From positions 12,368,633 through 12,432,632 of the forward strand of contig OZ037769.1 in NCBI GenBank assembly GCA_964035545.1: DNA of 64,000 nt, given 5' to 3'. The notes below the pieces were generated by a model, which did no database searches, had not been told where the DNA came from, and saw only the letters and a program-made list of their open reading frames with translations. Position numbers and translations under genes: made by a program. This DNA is from Bugula neritina. Lineage: Eukaryota > Animalia > Bryozoa. Positions within the stretch are counted from its first letter, which is position 1. Every line of letters starts with the position of its first letter. Shown in pieces: positions 24,501 to 36,608 of this stretch.

Positions 24501-27411
24501 GTCACTTCACCTTATTCTCATTCACTTCACAATATTCTCATTCATTTTACCCTATTCTCATTCTTTTCATCTTATTATCATACACTTCACCTTATTATTA
24601 TTCACTTCACCTTATTCTCGCTGACTATAAAACTGATAATTTGTAGAGACAGCAATAAGCAGGAGTTCATAGCTGACATACTAGACAAGATCGCAACCAA
24701 GAATGGAGTGTGGATTGGATTGAGAAGAGTTTCAGAGAATCTCTACAAGTGGGTTGATGGTAAGTTTGTGCAGTCGTATGCAAAACTGTGTCACACGTTG
24801 GTTTAATCAGTCATGTATCGCTGAACGTCCCTTTAAACTTAGCTAACTGATAGAGTGACCGTGGGATATGTTGTATATCTAGTAGGTGGAGTTACACAGC
24901 TAAACGTATGCTATCTTTTAAGGTGAACATTTTACTGAAGCTTGTTTTTAGGGTTAATGGGTCTTTTACTGAATTATCACAAATAATAAAGTTCATCAAA
25001 AATGACATTCAATACTAATATATTGTGCTTTCAACACTCCTTGTCATAATAAGATTAATTGTCTAAACTGAATTTTCAGCAGTCAATGAATAAGTAAAGT
25101 TTAATAACGAAATAAACAGTAAAGTTTGAAGTTTGCATTGCTCTACATGTTGTTTCCACACCTACACACACCACAGATAAAGAAGAGACAACTCCAGTTG
25201 ATCTCATTTTGTATACACAACTATGCACAGAAAATACAAATATTTTGGTAGCATTTGAACTATCTATGTGTGACATTTTTTACGGTTCATCTTTTGAATT
25301 CCTGTGTCAGGCACAGTATTAGACGATGAAAAGAGCTCATGGGATGTGGGGGAACCCAACCCCATTTTACCGAATCAGGATTGTGTCCTCATGCATAGAA
25401 AGAATAAGAAGGCGTGGCATTGGAAAGACTATGTGTGCGACACGATAGTATACAGTCGAATATGTCAATACGGTGAGATAGCGTTTTTATGTTGTGTTAG
25501 TTGCAAGTTTTAGGTGTTATATTTGTATGCTGAAGAAACTGTGCTTGGTTGAGGGCTAAAAACTTTCTCTTTATTTTTAAATCTTCATCTTATATATATA
25601 CAGAATATGACATCATACAGTTGCCAAACGCCATCTGATTCATGCAGTAATAATAAACAACTCTATTGCATGCAGTAAACACTCAAAACATTACAAGAGT
25701 ACGCTAGTGTATGTGTGTATGCAGTTTCGTACTCTTGGCGCTATAATGTTGAATGAGCAGAACTTGTGAAGTAATATGCGTCTTTTTGTCAACTTTTAGA
25801 CTTGTCCTGTCAGCAACAGGGCGTCCAGAGTCAGACCAGCTTGACTACCAACGAAAGTAAGAATATATAGTTATATATACATCATAATTATTAGATATTT
25901 TATGCTTGGAGACGTAAAGTAGTGTTGACAGACATCTCGTAACGCGCTCTGTGTTTTTAGTTATAGGGATTGTGGTTGGTGGAGTGCTCGGACTAATATG
26001 TGCCTGTGCTATAATATTCCTAATGATCAACTGCTGCAGGTAATAATTTTATTAAACTTTGTCGAACAAATTTACCTGCTTTCTACATGTTTAGCTCATC
26101 AAGTGCCCTGACCATGTACTGGGACCACGTGGGGAATTTTTTACAATGAACTAAAGAATTCAACTTGTGCTCAATTTTTTCAAGAAGTTCAACAGTGAAG
26201 TCATGAGAAGATGTTTTTGTTTATTAAAAGAGTATTTTTTGTAAGAAAAAATAATTGAATTTATAAGACCGAAGTTGGCATGACCTTATTCCCACTTGTA
26301 AAGGACCCGGCATACTGTGGACAAGTTTCCTCATCACTTATCTAGCTGTTTTTTTTACTCAATTCTTTTCAAGTGTAAGTTAAAAGAGTTTAGAGTTTTG
26401 TCGTGGTTTGTAGAGACCTGGTCCGTCGCAAACAAGGAGGAAGACATGTTGTGGAGCTAAGAGTGATGGAGACAGGAAGTGGGTATGATGAGCCGCAATC
26501 GTCTGAGCCAATGATCCCTCCTCCTGAACGTTTGAGGCGTCCAGTGGCTGTTGGTAAGACTCGCTGGGCTGACACTAGCTGGGTTCGTGTTAGCTGGGTT
26601 TACATTAGCTGGGTTTGCGTTAGCTGGGTTCGTGTTAGCTGGGCTGACATTGGCTGGGCTTACATTAGCTGGGCTCACATTTGCTGGGCTGACATTGGCT
26701 GGGTTTACATTAGCTGGGCTTACATTAGCTGGGCTCACATTAGCTTGGCTTGCATTTACTAAGTTTGCTATTTAATTTAATTTGCAATTATCCAATATTT
26801 TGACATTGTAACTTTTCTAAGACATTCAATGGTTTTAGCTTCGGTTCTTAATATCTGTGTACTCAAGCTGTCTGAATTTCACGTGACATAATCTGAAACG
26901 CTCTACAATGAAATTACAGCTGCAAATGACCTTGACCGTGCCAGTATAAAAAGAAAGAAAGGCCCTCTGGTGTCTGCTAATGTCCTTGCAGCTTTCTCAG
27001 ACTCGAAGCCAACACGTCAACAGAGTGTAAAGATTTCTAATTTACCTCCAACTGAGCAGGAAGAAAATTCTCTGAATACTGTAAGTTTTATAGATTGCGA
27101 GGTGCCAGCATTTCATGTGAAAAATAATCATTGCATAAAAGCCCATCTATATTATTTACTTTTAGCTCTAGATTTTATTGTTAAATTTTTCCATCAACTT
27201 GGAATGAAAATTAAATGCAGTTATTTGGGCCAAGTACAAATTGCAATTGTATTATTCATTAATAAACTTTTATTATAATATATTTTAGGCTGTAGAACAA
27301 GAACGAACTAGTTTCGGCAGTATAGAAGACAATTATTTTAATGCAAACAAAGATACAGGAAGTGCTAAGGAATTCGCATCTAGTATGGGCGACATAGATA
27401 AGTTAAAATAG
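21576..27411 (+). CDS. Type-I transmembrane C-type lectin receptor (signal peptide, single CTLD, TM, cytoplasmic tail), 9 coding exons, ~347 aa
   Basis: Exons 21576-21636, 22354-22501, 24647-24759, 25311-25472, 25800-25856, 25961-26039, 26414-26553, 26920-27080, 27289-27411 are in phase. CTLD hallmarks: WQTAADKC, GGQLVII, VWIGL, KWVDG, WDVGEPN, DCV, WKDYVC, RICQ. TM segment IIGIVVGGVLGLICACAIIFLMI. The two 3' exons are less certain. Confidence 0.85.
22085..22272 (+). mobile_element. MITE family B, copy 3 (degenerate, internal deletion)
   Basis: TGCTCCCT ... ATAGGTCACGAGAAAGGCTTGGACCC ... GGAGGGAGCACTG. Confidence 0.75.
22600..22797 (-). mobile_element. tRNA-derived SINE family A, copy 3
   Basis: Reverse complement of copy 2: CCCTGTGAGAAAATCCCTGATGG ... 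GGATGCTCTTCCTAACATCACC ... GGTTCGAACCC ... CTCTAACCTCTAG. Confidence 0.85.
23378..23608. repeat. 18-bp minisatellite
   Basis: Unit GTAGTAT(A/C)TGTAGTGTGT, about 12 copies. It produces the spurious repetitive ORFs in the track. Confidence 0.9.
24449..24620. repeat. ~20-bp degenerate pyrimidine-rich minisatellite just upstream of the lectin exon 3 acceptor
   Basis: Unit CCTTATTCTCATTCACTTCA, about 8 copies. Confidence 0.8.
26563..26755. repeat. 15-bp minisatellite directly after the lectin exon 7 donor
   Basis: Unit TAGCTGGGCTTACAT with variants, about 13 copies. Confidence 0.9.
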
Positions 27412-27682
27412 ACTTGTGGTTCTCACGTGTATGAAAACCTTTATTAAAGATATCTGGTGCTTCTCCAACCTTCAGTACTCATAGCTTTACTGCAATAGAA
27501 TTTCCTGGTTTAGTATGATTCTGCCAAACAGATATCTATGCTACCTTGTAACTATGCCACCAAATAATACAAACCTTAACTATGTTGTTACATGTGTTTG
27601 TCTTACATGTTTATAGCTTGTTCAGCTGTCGCAGTGCATATCAGCGTACAAAACTGCACACATTATACATCTTGCCAGTAAC

Positions 27683-27868
27683 TGTTTCAGTCGAATGGTT
27701 CTATAAGCAGCTCCAAGTAAGGGGTGAATGAGTGCAGTAGTTTGCGGTTCTCAAGTTTAGAGTTGGGGGTTTTGTAGAATCCCCAATTCCAAACTCGAAA
27801 ACCCAAACTACTGCACTCATTCACCCACAACTCGGAGCTGCTTATAAAATCATTTGTTTCACTAAACA
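27683..27868. repeat. Long imperfect inverted repeat (foldback/MITE-like) in the lectin 3' region
   Basis: Arm TATAAGCAGCTCC..GGGTGAATGAGTGCAGTAGTTTG..GAGTTGGGG pairs with CCCCAATTC..CAAACTACTGCACTCATTCACCC..GGAGCTGCTTATA around a short loop. Confidence 0.9.
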
Positions 27869-29349
27869 CAACTTTAATAATCATACTCTTTTATTTTAAT
27901 GAATGTATTATTTTGATATTGTAAGTACCTGTAGGTGTATTTATATTTTTAGATTTGAATATTTCTATTGTCCAATAATATTCTGCCTCTTCCCTGCACC
28001 ATGTCTTTTTTTGTTTTGGTACAGATTACTGTGATATTCTATGCTTTCTCCTGTTACTCTTCTGTTTACTGTATAATTTATTCTATGTCCACTTATTTGT
28101 AGATCTTTATATTTGTAGAATTGTAATATGTTATTATGCTAAATGCTTTTTTGCTCATATTTTAACTATAAAATCATTTTTCCATCAAAATTCAATTGTA
28201 GAGTTGCTGTTAGAAGTAGTATTTTTATGAGTTAATTGGTTTGGTGGCAGTTGTATTATTTTTGTAAAGATATTGCGATACAATAAATCACTTTGAGCTG
28301 AAAAATATTTTGTAGATCATAAGTTTGCAGCTGGCCATTAAAAGAAGCACATAGTTCAGAACTGAAATTATTTTTGTTAGGAGGAGAAAACTCAAGTGTT
28401 ACCTAATGAACCAACGAAGAGTTGATCTCATGTATTATCTGATAATCACTGACTCGTCTCAGTATAATGTACTATCAAGAGAACACTAAAATGCTCTACA
28501 AAATAAATGAGTTTAAAGAAGTGCTACTACAGTTCATTTATTGATTAAGAAGAAAATTTTCACATAATATAAAATTTCATGATATTGGCATTAAGGTGTA
28601 TGCTGGCTAGTAATACAAAGAATTCAAAAAAAGCTTATGTTAGAAAAACTTAATAAATTAATCATTTTCTTGTCAAAAGGATGACCTGGAAACTGCCAGC
28701 TTGCTCAAATCGCCTCGTCTATATAGAACAAATATATGTTGGATTTTAAGAATTAATGTCACTCATAGTCACCATAATTGGAAAAAAACTAATATTAACT
28801 ATTGATCATATTTTTGAGCCACTTCCCTCTTTTGAAATACAAAGTCAAAAAATTATTTTAAAGTTAGATAACTGAGCTGGGTTGGTTTGAATGGGGTGTG
28901 ATTTTGCTTGAAAAACTCCACGCTTAAGTTCTTGGTACAGAAAGCTTTCTCAAGAAACTTGAGTGAATTTATTGAGAAATATTCGCAGTTTATATGAAAA
29001 CACTTAGTTGTTAACTAACAGTGGCTTGTGAATTGAGGGAATAATTTTGTCAGTCCAAACACTTCAATTGCTATTTTGATATCAAAAATTTAGAAGTCAT
29101 AACTTCGGAAGAACCTCATAAAATGACTGATACAAAAACATGGCTCAAAATGATCAGGCTCTATCATGCTATGGCATCGGTCTGTTTCACCAGCCATTAG
29201 CGGCAGTAAACGCAAAAAAATTAGAGAAGAGATCATTGTGAGTTACAAAGTGACAACTTCCAAAAGATCTGTAGTACAGTTGACAGAACACAAAACATGG
29301 TAAACTAATGAATAACAAGCAGAATTGCCTAGAGGAGGGTGAGATGCCA

Positions 29350-32300
29350 TCAACCAGAGAGTTTGGCCATTCTTTTGTCTCGGAGTTTTTGTCTTATTTG
29401 AGTTCTTGCTTTAAATACAGCCTGATTATACAGTCTCTAAAACACATAGTCTGATTATGCAGTCTCTAAAACACATAGTCTGATCATACAGTCTTTAAAA
29501 CACATAGTCTGATCATACAGTCTCTAAAACACATAGTCTGATTATGCAGTCTCTAAACCACATAGTCTGATTATGCAGTCTCTAAACCACATAGTCTGAT
29601 TATACAGTCTCTAAAACACATAGCCTGATTATGCAGTCTCTAAAACACATAGTCTGATTATACAGTCTCTAAAACACTTAATTTAATTATGGGTCATTTT
29701 ACTTGATTAGTAAACACTCAAAATCCCCAGTTTTTAGCCATTTTTACAATTCAATGTATATGGGTTTTTGCCCTAAAGTCTAAACTAATGAAATATTAAC
29801 AATTACAACTAAATGATTAGGGTTCTTTTTAATTTTGCATGATTTCCAATGTTTTTTCCTAATTATTTACTTAATTTGGATTTGCGGACCATGTTTATGC
29901 AAATTCTAGTCTAATCAAAAGCAGGTATTTCCCATAGCAGCAGTAATCTAATGTTAGCATAGACAGCTGTAGGGTTAAAGCAAAGTGCAACCTGCAACTT
30001 ACTCTGTCATTTTTGCTGAGTTTATCGCTAACTGCACCTGCTGGTATCGGAGCTCCCAACCCGAAGATATCTCGCAGCAGAACATTCCCCTATTAGAATA
30101 CAATTATGTGAGAAGACAACTCACTATTTGGTCATTTTTTATTATATTTAAATAAGAAATTTGCACACTAACCTCTTCAGTAGACACAATGGAGTTTGTA
30201 TTTGCAACAGCTCATAACAAACAAAATATATCACCATTCAGAACATTTAGGAGCCAATTAAGCTGCACTTCAAGAAATTTTCAAACTAATGACTATTTTC
30301 CAACTGCAAAAGGAAGCTTACCTTTAAATGAGAGTTCATGCCAGAACCAAGACTGGAACACAGGCTATCGTATTGCCTTTTACGGGCCCAAGAATCTATG
30401 TATACACTCTCATTGCCAAACTTACACTCGAAATCTCTAAAACTGGCATCCTAAAACGTGAAACGCAAACATAAGTGTTTCCATTAGTAATATGCCAGTT
30501 CAACAGCGTGACATCACAATAATAAGTAACAAATGTATAATCTAGTTGAAATGCAAACTAAAATAAATCAAACTATATAAGAAGTACTATTTCTTTGTAA
30601 CTATCCGCCCATCTTGTGAGAAACAGTTAGTAGAGTAAATTTAACTGAGTATTGAATCAAATCACAACTACTAGTCATGCAACATCTTGGAGTTGCCACC
30701 TCAATGTAGTGTAATATATCCCTAAAGCTGCTTCTTTGCTGCTTCCTGTCTTTCTTATTCTGGTGTTTACTGTTATCAGTGGACATCTGTCTCAACTTCT
30801 CACACAGCGAGTCCATTGCAGGCCCTTCGAAATCCTACAACAGGAGGGTAGAATAAAAAGTGGACGGCTAATTGGCAACCATCCAAAATAATTTGAAGTC
30901 AATTAGGCTCAAAAAATTGAGCTATTAAAGAAACAAGAAACTAACACGTAAGTCTGTTGAAATACCATGAAGTGAGTATCACTTTGAAAAGAACATGGAG
31001 CGCTATTAATATTTAGATGTTGGAGATTTGTGTAGGAGTAGTAAGTTACCAGCTATTAGTAAATCCTATACCAAACATGGTACAATAAATCTAACAGCAA
31101 ACTTAAAGGACAAATATAGAGTGTATTACATGTGGATAAGTTGCCTAGTTGGGTGTTAAATTTAAAGTAATTTATGCCATTAGTATGTGATGAGCATCTA
31201 TGTTGATACTTGCTATTACATTAGAAATATTCGAGTAGATTGTCTCTTAGATTATCCATAGCAGGCTGCTATAGGATGCATTATATAATTAGCAAACAAA
31301 TCTCAATTCAATAGGGTTTGTGATTCATCAAAAACAAATTATATAAATTTATTATAGGTTAACCAACAGTTTGATAAGACTTGATGGTATTTGTTCAAAT
31401 TTAATATTATTAGATTCAACAAAAGAGGGAGCAGTTGTGGTGTAGTAGTTAAGTTGCCTTTATACCTTCACGATTTTCGGTCAGAAATTCAATTTGGCCG
31501 GGTTGAAATTTCTCCGAGTTGCATTGCATTGTAAAAGCCACTCGTAAAAACTTTTGTACTGTGATAACTTAATTGGCCAATTTCAGAATAGGAGTAATAA
31601 CCCCTTGTAAACATCTTTATTTAGTTATTACTTTGGCGATTAGACAACGTACTTATACGGTTATAATTATATAGCCTACGCCTTCTCAATTAACGCTTTT
31701 ATGCTGCCTGCTTCACTAATTCACGACGTTTACAAAGGGCATCAAATAGCTATTATGCGAGTCAAATTTCAATTTCAGAAAATGAGCAACTGCATCAATA
31801 TGATTTCAACGAGTTTCAGTTTGACTATAAAGGGGTACCCGGACAAGCATTATTAACTTAAACTCGGTACTTTTTTCAGCAGAGGTATAAACGCAACTTT
31901 AGAGTAGTTCCAGTCCAAACACCAGCCGTAATGTTAAGAGTAACCAATCAAAATTGCTCTTGTGCCCCATCTGAATAAGTCCTTAGCTGGCTTTAAAAGA
32001 CCATTTCCATCAGGGGTTCTCACAGGGGTAGTGAATATAAACTGGGAAGAGTTTTTTTACATGATTCAACAAAATATTGATTAATTATCTATTATCTATT
32101 AATAATCTATCACTAAGGAGTTGTCTATGATATGAAATGTGGTATACTTGTACAGTCTACACACCTCATCCTGTTCTCTAGCCAGCTCATACAACAGAGA
32201 TATGGCCTCACCACCAGCTATTCTAACTTCTAGATCTGAATTCTCTAATAACTCGGGAAGTCTGTGCAAATGCCTGCATTACAAACACAAACCAATTGAC

Positions 32301-35300
32301 TGCCAGCTCAAACAGCTTTTGTATCTTAACAATAATATTACTGCGAAAGCTTTGAGAAAAAAGCAATGGGAAGCTTTGAGAGAAAAGCTAATGTTTTCTG
32401 GTTTTGCGGTACTGTTAGGAAAATTATTGGTATTTTCAGTACTATACCACGTAGCCTAAAACCAGACTAAGTTTTTTCTAGTTTTAAAAGAAAGGATTAA
32501 CAGTAACAGTGAAACAGCACCAAAATGCTAAAACACAGGCAGTTGTGCGGCCATTTAATTTCTGTATTTTTAGTATTTACAAACCAGTTTAGCACTAAAA
32601 TAGATTTGATTAATTGAAAACTTTTAAACTAAAAGTATCGATCATACTATCCGAGTTACTGTATAGACCGTATGTACACTAGTTTATTAGACTGAGGAGA
32701 TATGAGAGACAGAGGGACGTACATATCTACTAGAGATTTGACAGAAGACGTGGTGGCTATCGAGAGAAGGAGAGACCAGGAGTCCAGGGCTGCCCTGTGG
32801 AGGGCGCAGGTCTGGGGGGAGAAGACAGGCGAAGTCTTGTCTCCTTTCAGGTACGACTTGACAAAGATAGACTCCAGTGTGGACATGAGCTCTGAGACCA
32901 CCTGCATTGAGACAGTACAGCGTGTTGACAGGTGCTTGCAGGTGTCTGCATGTACTTTCTCTTCACTAGAATACTTTAATAGTTGCCAAGTATATTACAG
33001 AAAGCTACATGTACTTAGACCAAGTACTAACACTGCTTAAACTTACGCATGCTTGCATATATGTTACTAAGTTATTTACATGTATAGTTACTAAAGTACT
33101 TACATGTATATCATTGGCACATATGAAACCACAGAGCCCAACAGCTTCAGCACACTGAAATATAGCAAAATAAATAATTAACAGTGTAGTGATATAGCAT
33201 AGAGCAATTTTATAATAGTATAGAGTAGTGTAGTACATTGGTATAGTGGAGTATAGTGTATATAGTAAGGTATAGTATAGAACAGAGTATAGTATAGTAT
33301 AGAGTAGTGGTATAGTATATTACAGAGTAATAATAAGGTAGAGTATAGTATAGTATAGTATAGTATAGTATAGTATAGTACAGTATCTGAGTATAGTACA
33401 GTATAGTACAGTATAGTACAGTATAGTACAGTATAGTACAGAGTAGTGGTATATAGTATATATTATATTAAAGGTAGTATAACATTGTATAGATTATAGC
33501 TGGGACAGGAAACAGCTGTTACCAAGGAAGTCGATATGGTGAGATGTTATCTACTAGAGAAACTGTCACCACATGTCAGCAAGGTGACAGCTAGGAGCAG
33601 GTGCTTGTGCTGACAAGTAAGAACATGTCTATATATAGCTTACAATACCTGAGTTCTAGCCACTACAGATGCTGACGGGTCTAACAACAGCGACAGCAAG
33701 AGGGGTTTTATACTGTTGAAGAGTGCCTCGCCTTCTTCAGTCAACCCCAACTGTACACTAAGCAACATGAGAGCTGAGGCTGAGATAGCCTGTTCCTCGC
33801 CTTTCCCTAAAATATAACATATTACCCATCATATAATATACCAACCATCATATAATACATTAACCATCATATAATATACCAACCATCATATAATATATTA
33901 ACCATATATTACAGGATTCTGAGTTGAGAACTGCCTGTGTTACTGGAACAGAAAAGCTCATGCTAAGCATGACTACTTACTGAGTGGTAATTACAATACC
34001 CCAACCAAGATTTTCGCTCTAACAGCTCTAATATTGACTGGCAATCAGTTTGCATATATCCCTTTACTCGCATGCAGTAATATTAGATAAGATCAACACG
34101 TTGTATAATATCACATGGAATCAATTACTTAGTAATGCTGGATGGTGCTTTAAATGTAGAGCAATTAGCAACTATGTTAATGAGGTACAGGATACCACAG
34201 GTGGATAATACTTTCACTGTCAGAAGGGGGGGGGGTAAATGTTGAAGTATCCACCCTCCATGATCTTACTGTTATGCTCCTTGCTGACAAAGGAACTGGG
34301 TGAGAGAGATGAAATCAGCCCACCACAAGCTGAGACAAGGTGAGCTAGAGACTCCCACCTGTTGCATGCACCCACCTCTCTTAAGACTTCTCTCCAGGGC
34401 ATCTGTCACAGTGACGTGTCTGTCTATTAGAAATCCGGTCAACACTCTCTTACGCATTGCACTGATCACTGAGAGAATGCTGTTAGTTCTGCCTTTCAAA
34501 CTACAACATCGGCCAATCAGATGTAGTTACACTATCAAATAGCTAATCAGATGTAGGTACACTAGAAAGTAGCCAATCAGATGAAGCTAAACTACAATTT
34601 AGTAGTATGTAGAATGTATGTAGATGACATCACCAAAGGCTATAATAAGTAAACTTTGCTATATCATGCTAAGGTAATAATAAATTAGACTAACAAGCCC
34701 CTCTGTTGCTAAATCCAAGAAGTTCCTTTTCAGCAGATGTGAGAAATTTCAAAAAGTAAGAAAATTCCCAAGAGAATTATGATATGCACCTCCCCTAGTC
34801 TGTCAGAAAATACATGTTTCACTAAAAGGTTACCTCTTTTCCAAAAGTCCTTCGATTGCGTCGTTCAACTTCTCTTCAAACACTTCCTGCGCAGACGACT
34901 CGTCTACAGCGTCGTCGCCAGTTTCTAGGAAACAAGTCGCAGCGTTACAGGAAATGCCAACACATGCAGAAAGATAGGAACAGCAGCTATAAGTCTAGTC
35001 ACACCAGGCTATGACCATTGTCATCTCACATATACAGGTAGAGAGTTATTGTTTAGCTTAACACTTAAATATTTTGTTGTATTATCATGCATTGAAGATT
35101 TAAATTTAGTTGACACAAATTGCTGCTAAAAACATTGGCAGCAACGGCAGCAACAGCACTTGGACCACAACAACAACAGCCAATATACAGTCTTGTAACT
35201 TATTTAGTTGTTGAATTAAAATGTTATACTAGGGTCATCTAACACAATGATGAATTAAATAACTCCCACACTCTACATCTAACAATAAACATAGATTAGC

Positions 35301-36608
35301 ACACTCTACATCTAACAATAAACATAGATTAGCACACTCTACATCTAACAATAAACATAGATTAGCACACTCCATCAGTCTATACTCACCAGCAAATGTG
35401 TCTAGACTCTGTTCACTAGATAAACTGCCCACAGAAGCTGTACTCATTGCATCATCCATATGATCTGAGGCTAAAGGGGGACCGGCCCCTTCTGCTTCCA
35501 CTTTCCCTGTGAGAACAACACCAACATACAACTACTGTAACTAGCATAAGCTGAGTTAGCTACTGAAAGAGAAGCAAACCTAAAGGAGGATTCTTCTATT
35601 TTACCAAGATTGAAGTTGCAAGCTGTTGCAGTAAAACTATTTATTCTATTGAGAATTGAAACAATAACTGATGGCAAATGCTTTCAGATGGAGCTCATGA
35701 AATACGACAAGCTTCAACTACATCTACATTTCCCCCATCAAAATGTTATTGGAAATCTGATTCATAAGCTTTCAACATCTGTATAAAAATCACTTTGTGC
35801 TGAAAACCTCATTTGCTCATTAAAATGTAATAAACTACCCTTGACAACTTTCAGTTTATTAGAAATATACTAATATTGATGGATTGCTTATAGTTTGAGT
35901 CAAAGTTTTTGTAACAGCAACAAAAATGTTTAGACATGACCTGAAAATTTAAGAAATTAAAGCTCCTTAATTCCAATTAGGGAGCTTTTGCATAATATAT
36001 TCTAAAAACCTAAAAGTACAAATTTGAATTCATTGTAAAGAATTTTGAACTCGGTATATCTGATATTCATTTTATTAAAAACAATTTACAACTAAATTAG
36101 ACTTAGGCTAAACATTCTAACAGCATATATATTTAATACACATTTTCAGCTACTTTACTACAAATCTGTGTAGAATGTAGAATATCTGTAGAAATGAATA
36201 TGAATTTATTTTCTATTGTGGCAAAAACTACAATTTTTATAACTCTAATGTTGCTAATACTTCCAGTGGAAAAGAATGACCAGGGAAGGCTTTTCCTTCT
36301 GCAGCATGAGAAATATAGACAAAAGCCACAGTTTGTGCATATGGCAATAAAACTCCCATTGAACCAACTTTTAAATTTTACAATATTAAACTATATGTAC
36401 TTATTGATCGACACTATTACCAGGTCCCATATATAAAAAAACCAAATTTTTTTATTTCAGTGTCTGAGTTGAAAGCAGTATGCTGCAAAATTTAAACTAT
36501 GATAACAATTAGCCAAGTTCTGAAGCCATATGCACACATATTTTTTTTCAGAAACGAAAGCATTTTGACAGATGTACACTCACCTCTTTTTCGAGTCTTC
36601 TTAGGCAT
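29350..36608 (-). CDS. IFRD1: Interferon-related developmental regulator (IFRD1/IFRD2 family), 12 coding exons, ~430 aa
   Basis: Minus-strand exons 36608-36584, 35506-35390, 34924-34834, 34500-34376, 33806-33649, 33154-33104, 32901-32723, 32273-32165, 30834-30700, 30450-30322, 30089-30003, 29436-29350 are in phase. Motifs: MPKKTRK, DALERSLKRGKGEEQ, ALDSWSLLLS, VRIAGGEAISLLYELAR, KKDRKQQRSSFRDIL, NVLLRDIFGLG, LYNQAVFKARTQIRQKLRDKR. Likely a single co-ortholog of vertebrate IFRD1 and IFRD2. Confidence 0.93.
29422..29678 (-). repeat. 29-bp minisatellite, 9 copies, containing the IFRD1 terminal-exon splice acceptor
   Basis: Minus-strand unit ACTATGTGTTTTAG/AGACTGTATAATCAG is the last 14 nt of the intron plus the first 15 nt of the exon. 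Confidence 0.95.
31942..32038 (+). mobile_element. SINE family A, 5'-truncated copy
   Basis: CCAATCAAAATTGCTCTTGTGCCCCATCTGAATAAGTCC ... CCATCAGGGGTTCTCACAGGGGTAG matches the 3' half of the other copies. Confidence 0.75.
33215..33470. repeat. (AGTAT/AGTAC)n pentamer microsatellite
   Basis: Direct reading; lies in an IFRD1 intron. Confidence 0.9.
33820..33906. repeat. 19-bp minisatellite abutting the IFRD1 exon 5 acceptor
   Basis: Unit AACCATCATATAATATACC with variants, 4-5 copies. Confidence 0.8.
35267..35372. repeat. 33-bp tandem repeat, 3 copies, near the IFRD1 exon 2 donor
   Basis: Unit CACACTCTACATCTAACAATAAACATAGATTAG. Confidence 0.9.

Noticed and set aside
26457-26775. Repetitive PANVS / LAGLT ORFs resembling pentapeptide-repeat proteins
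   Set aside because: They come from a 15-bp intronic minisatellite after a consensus donor.
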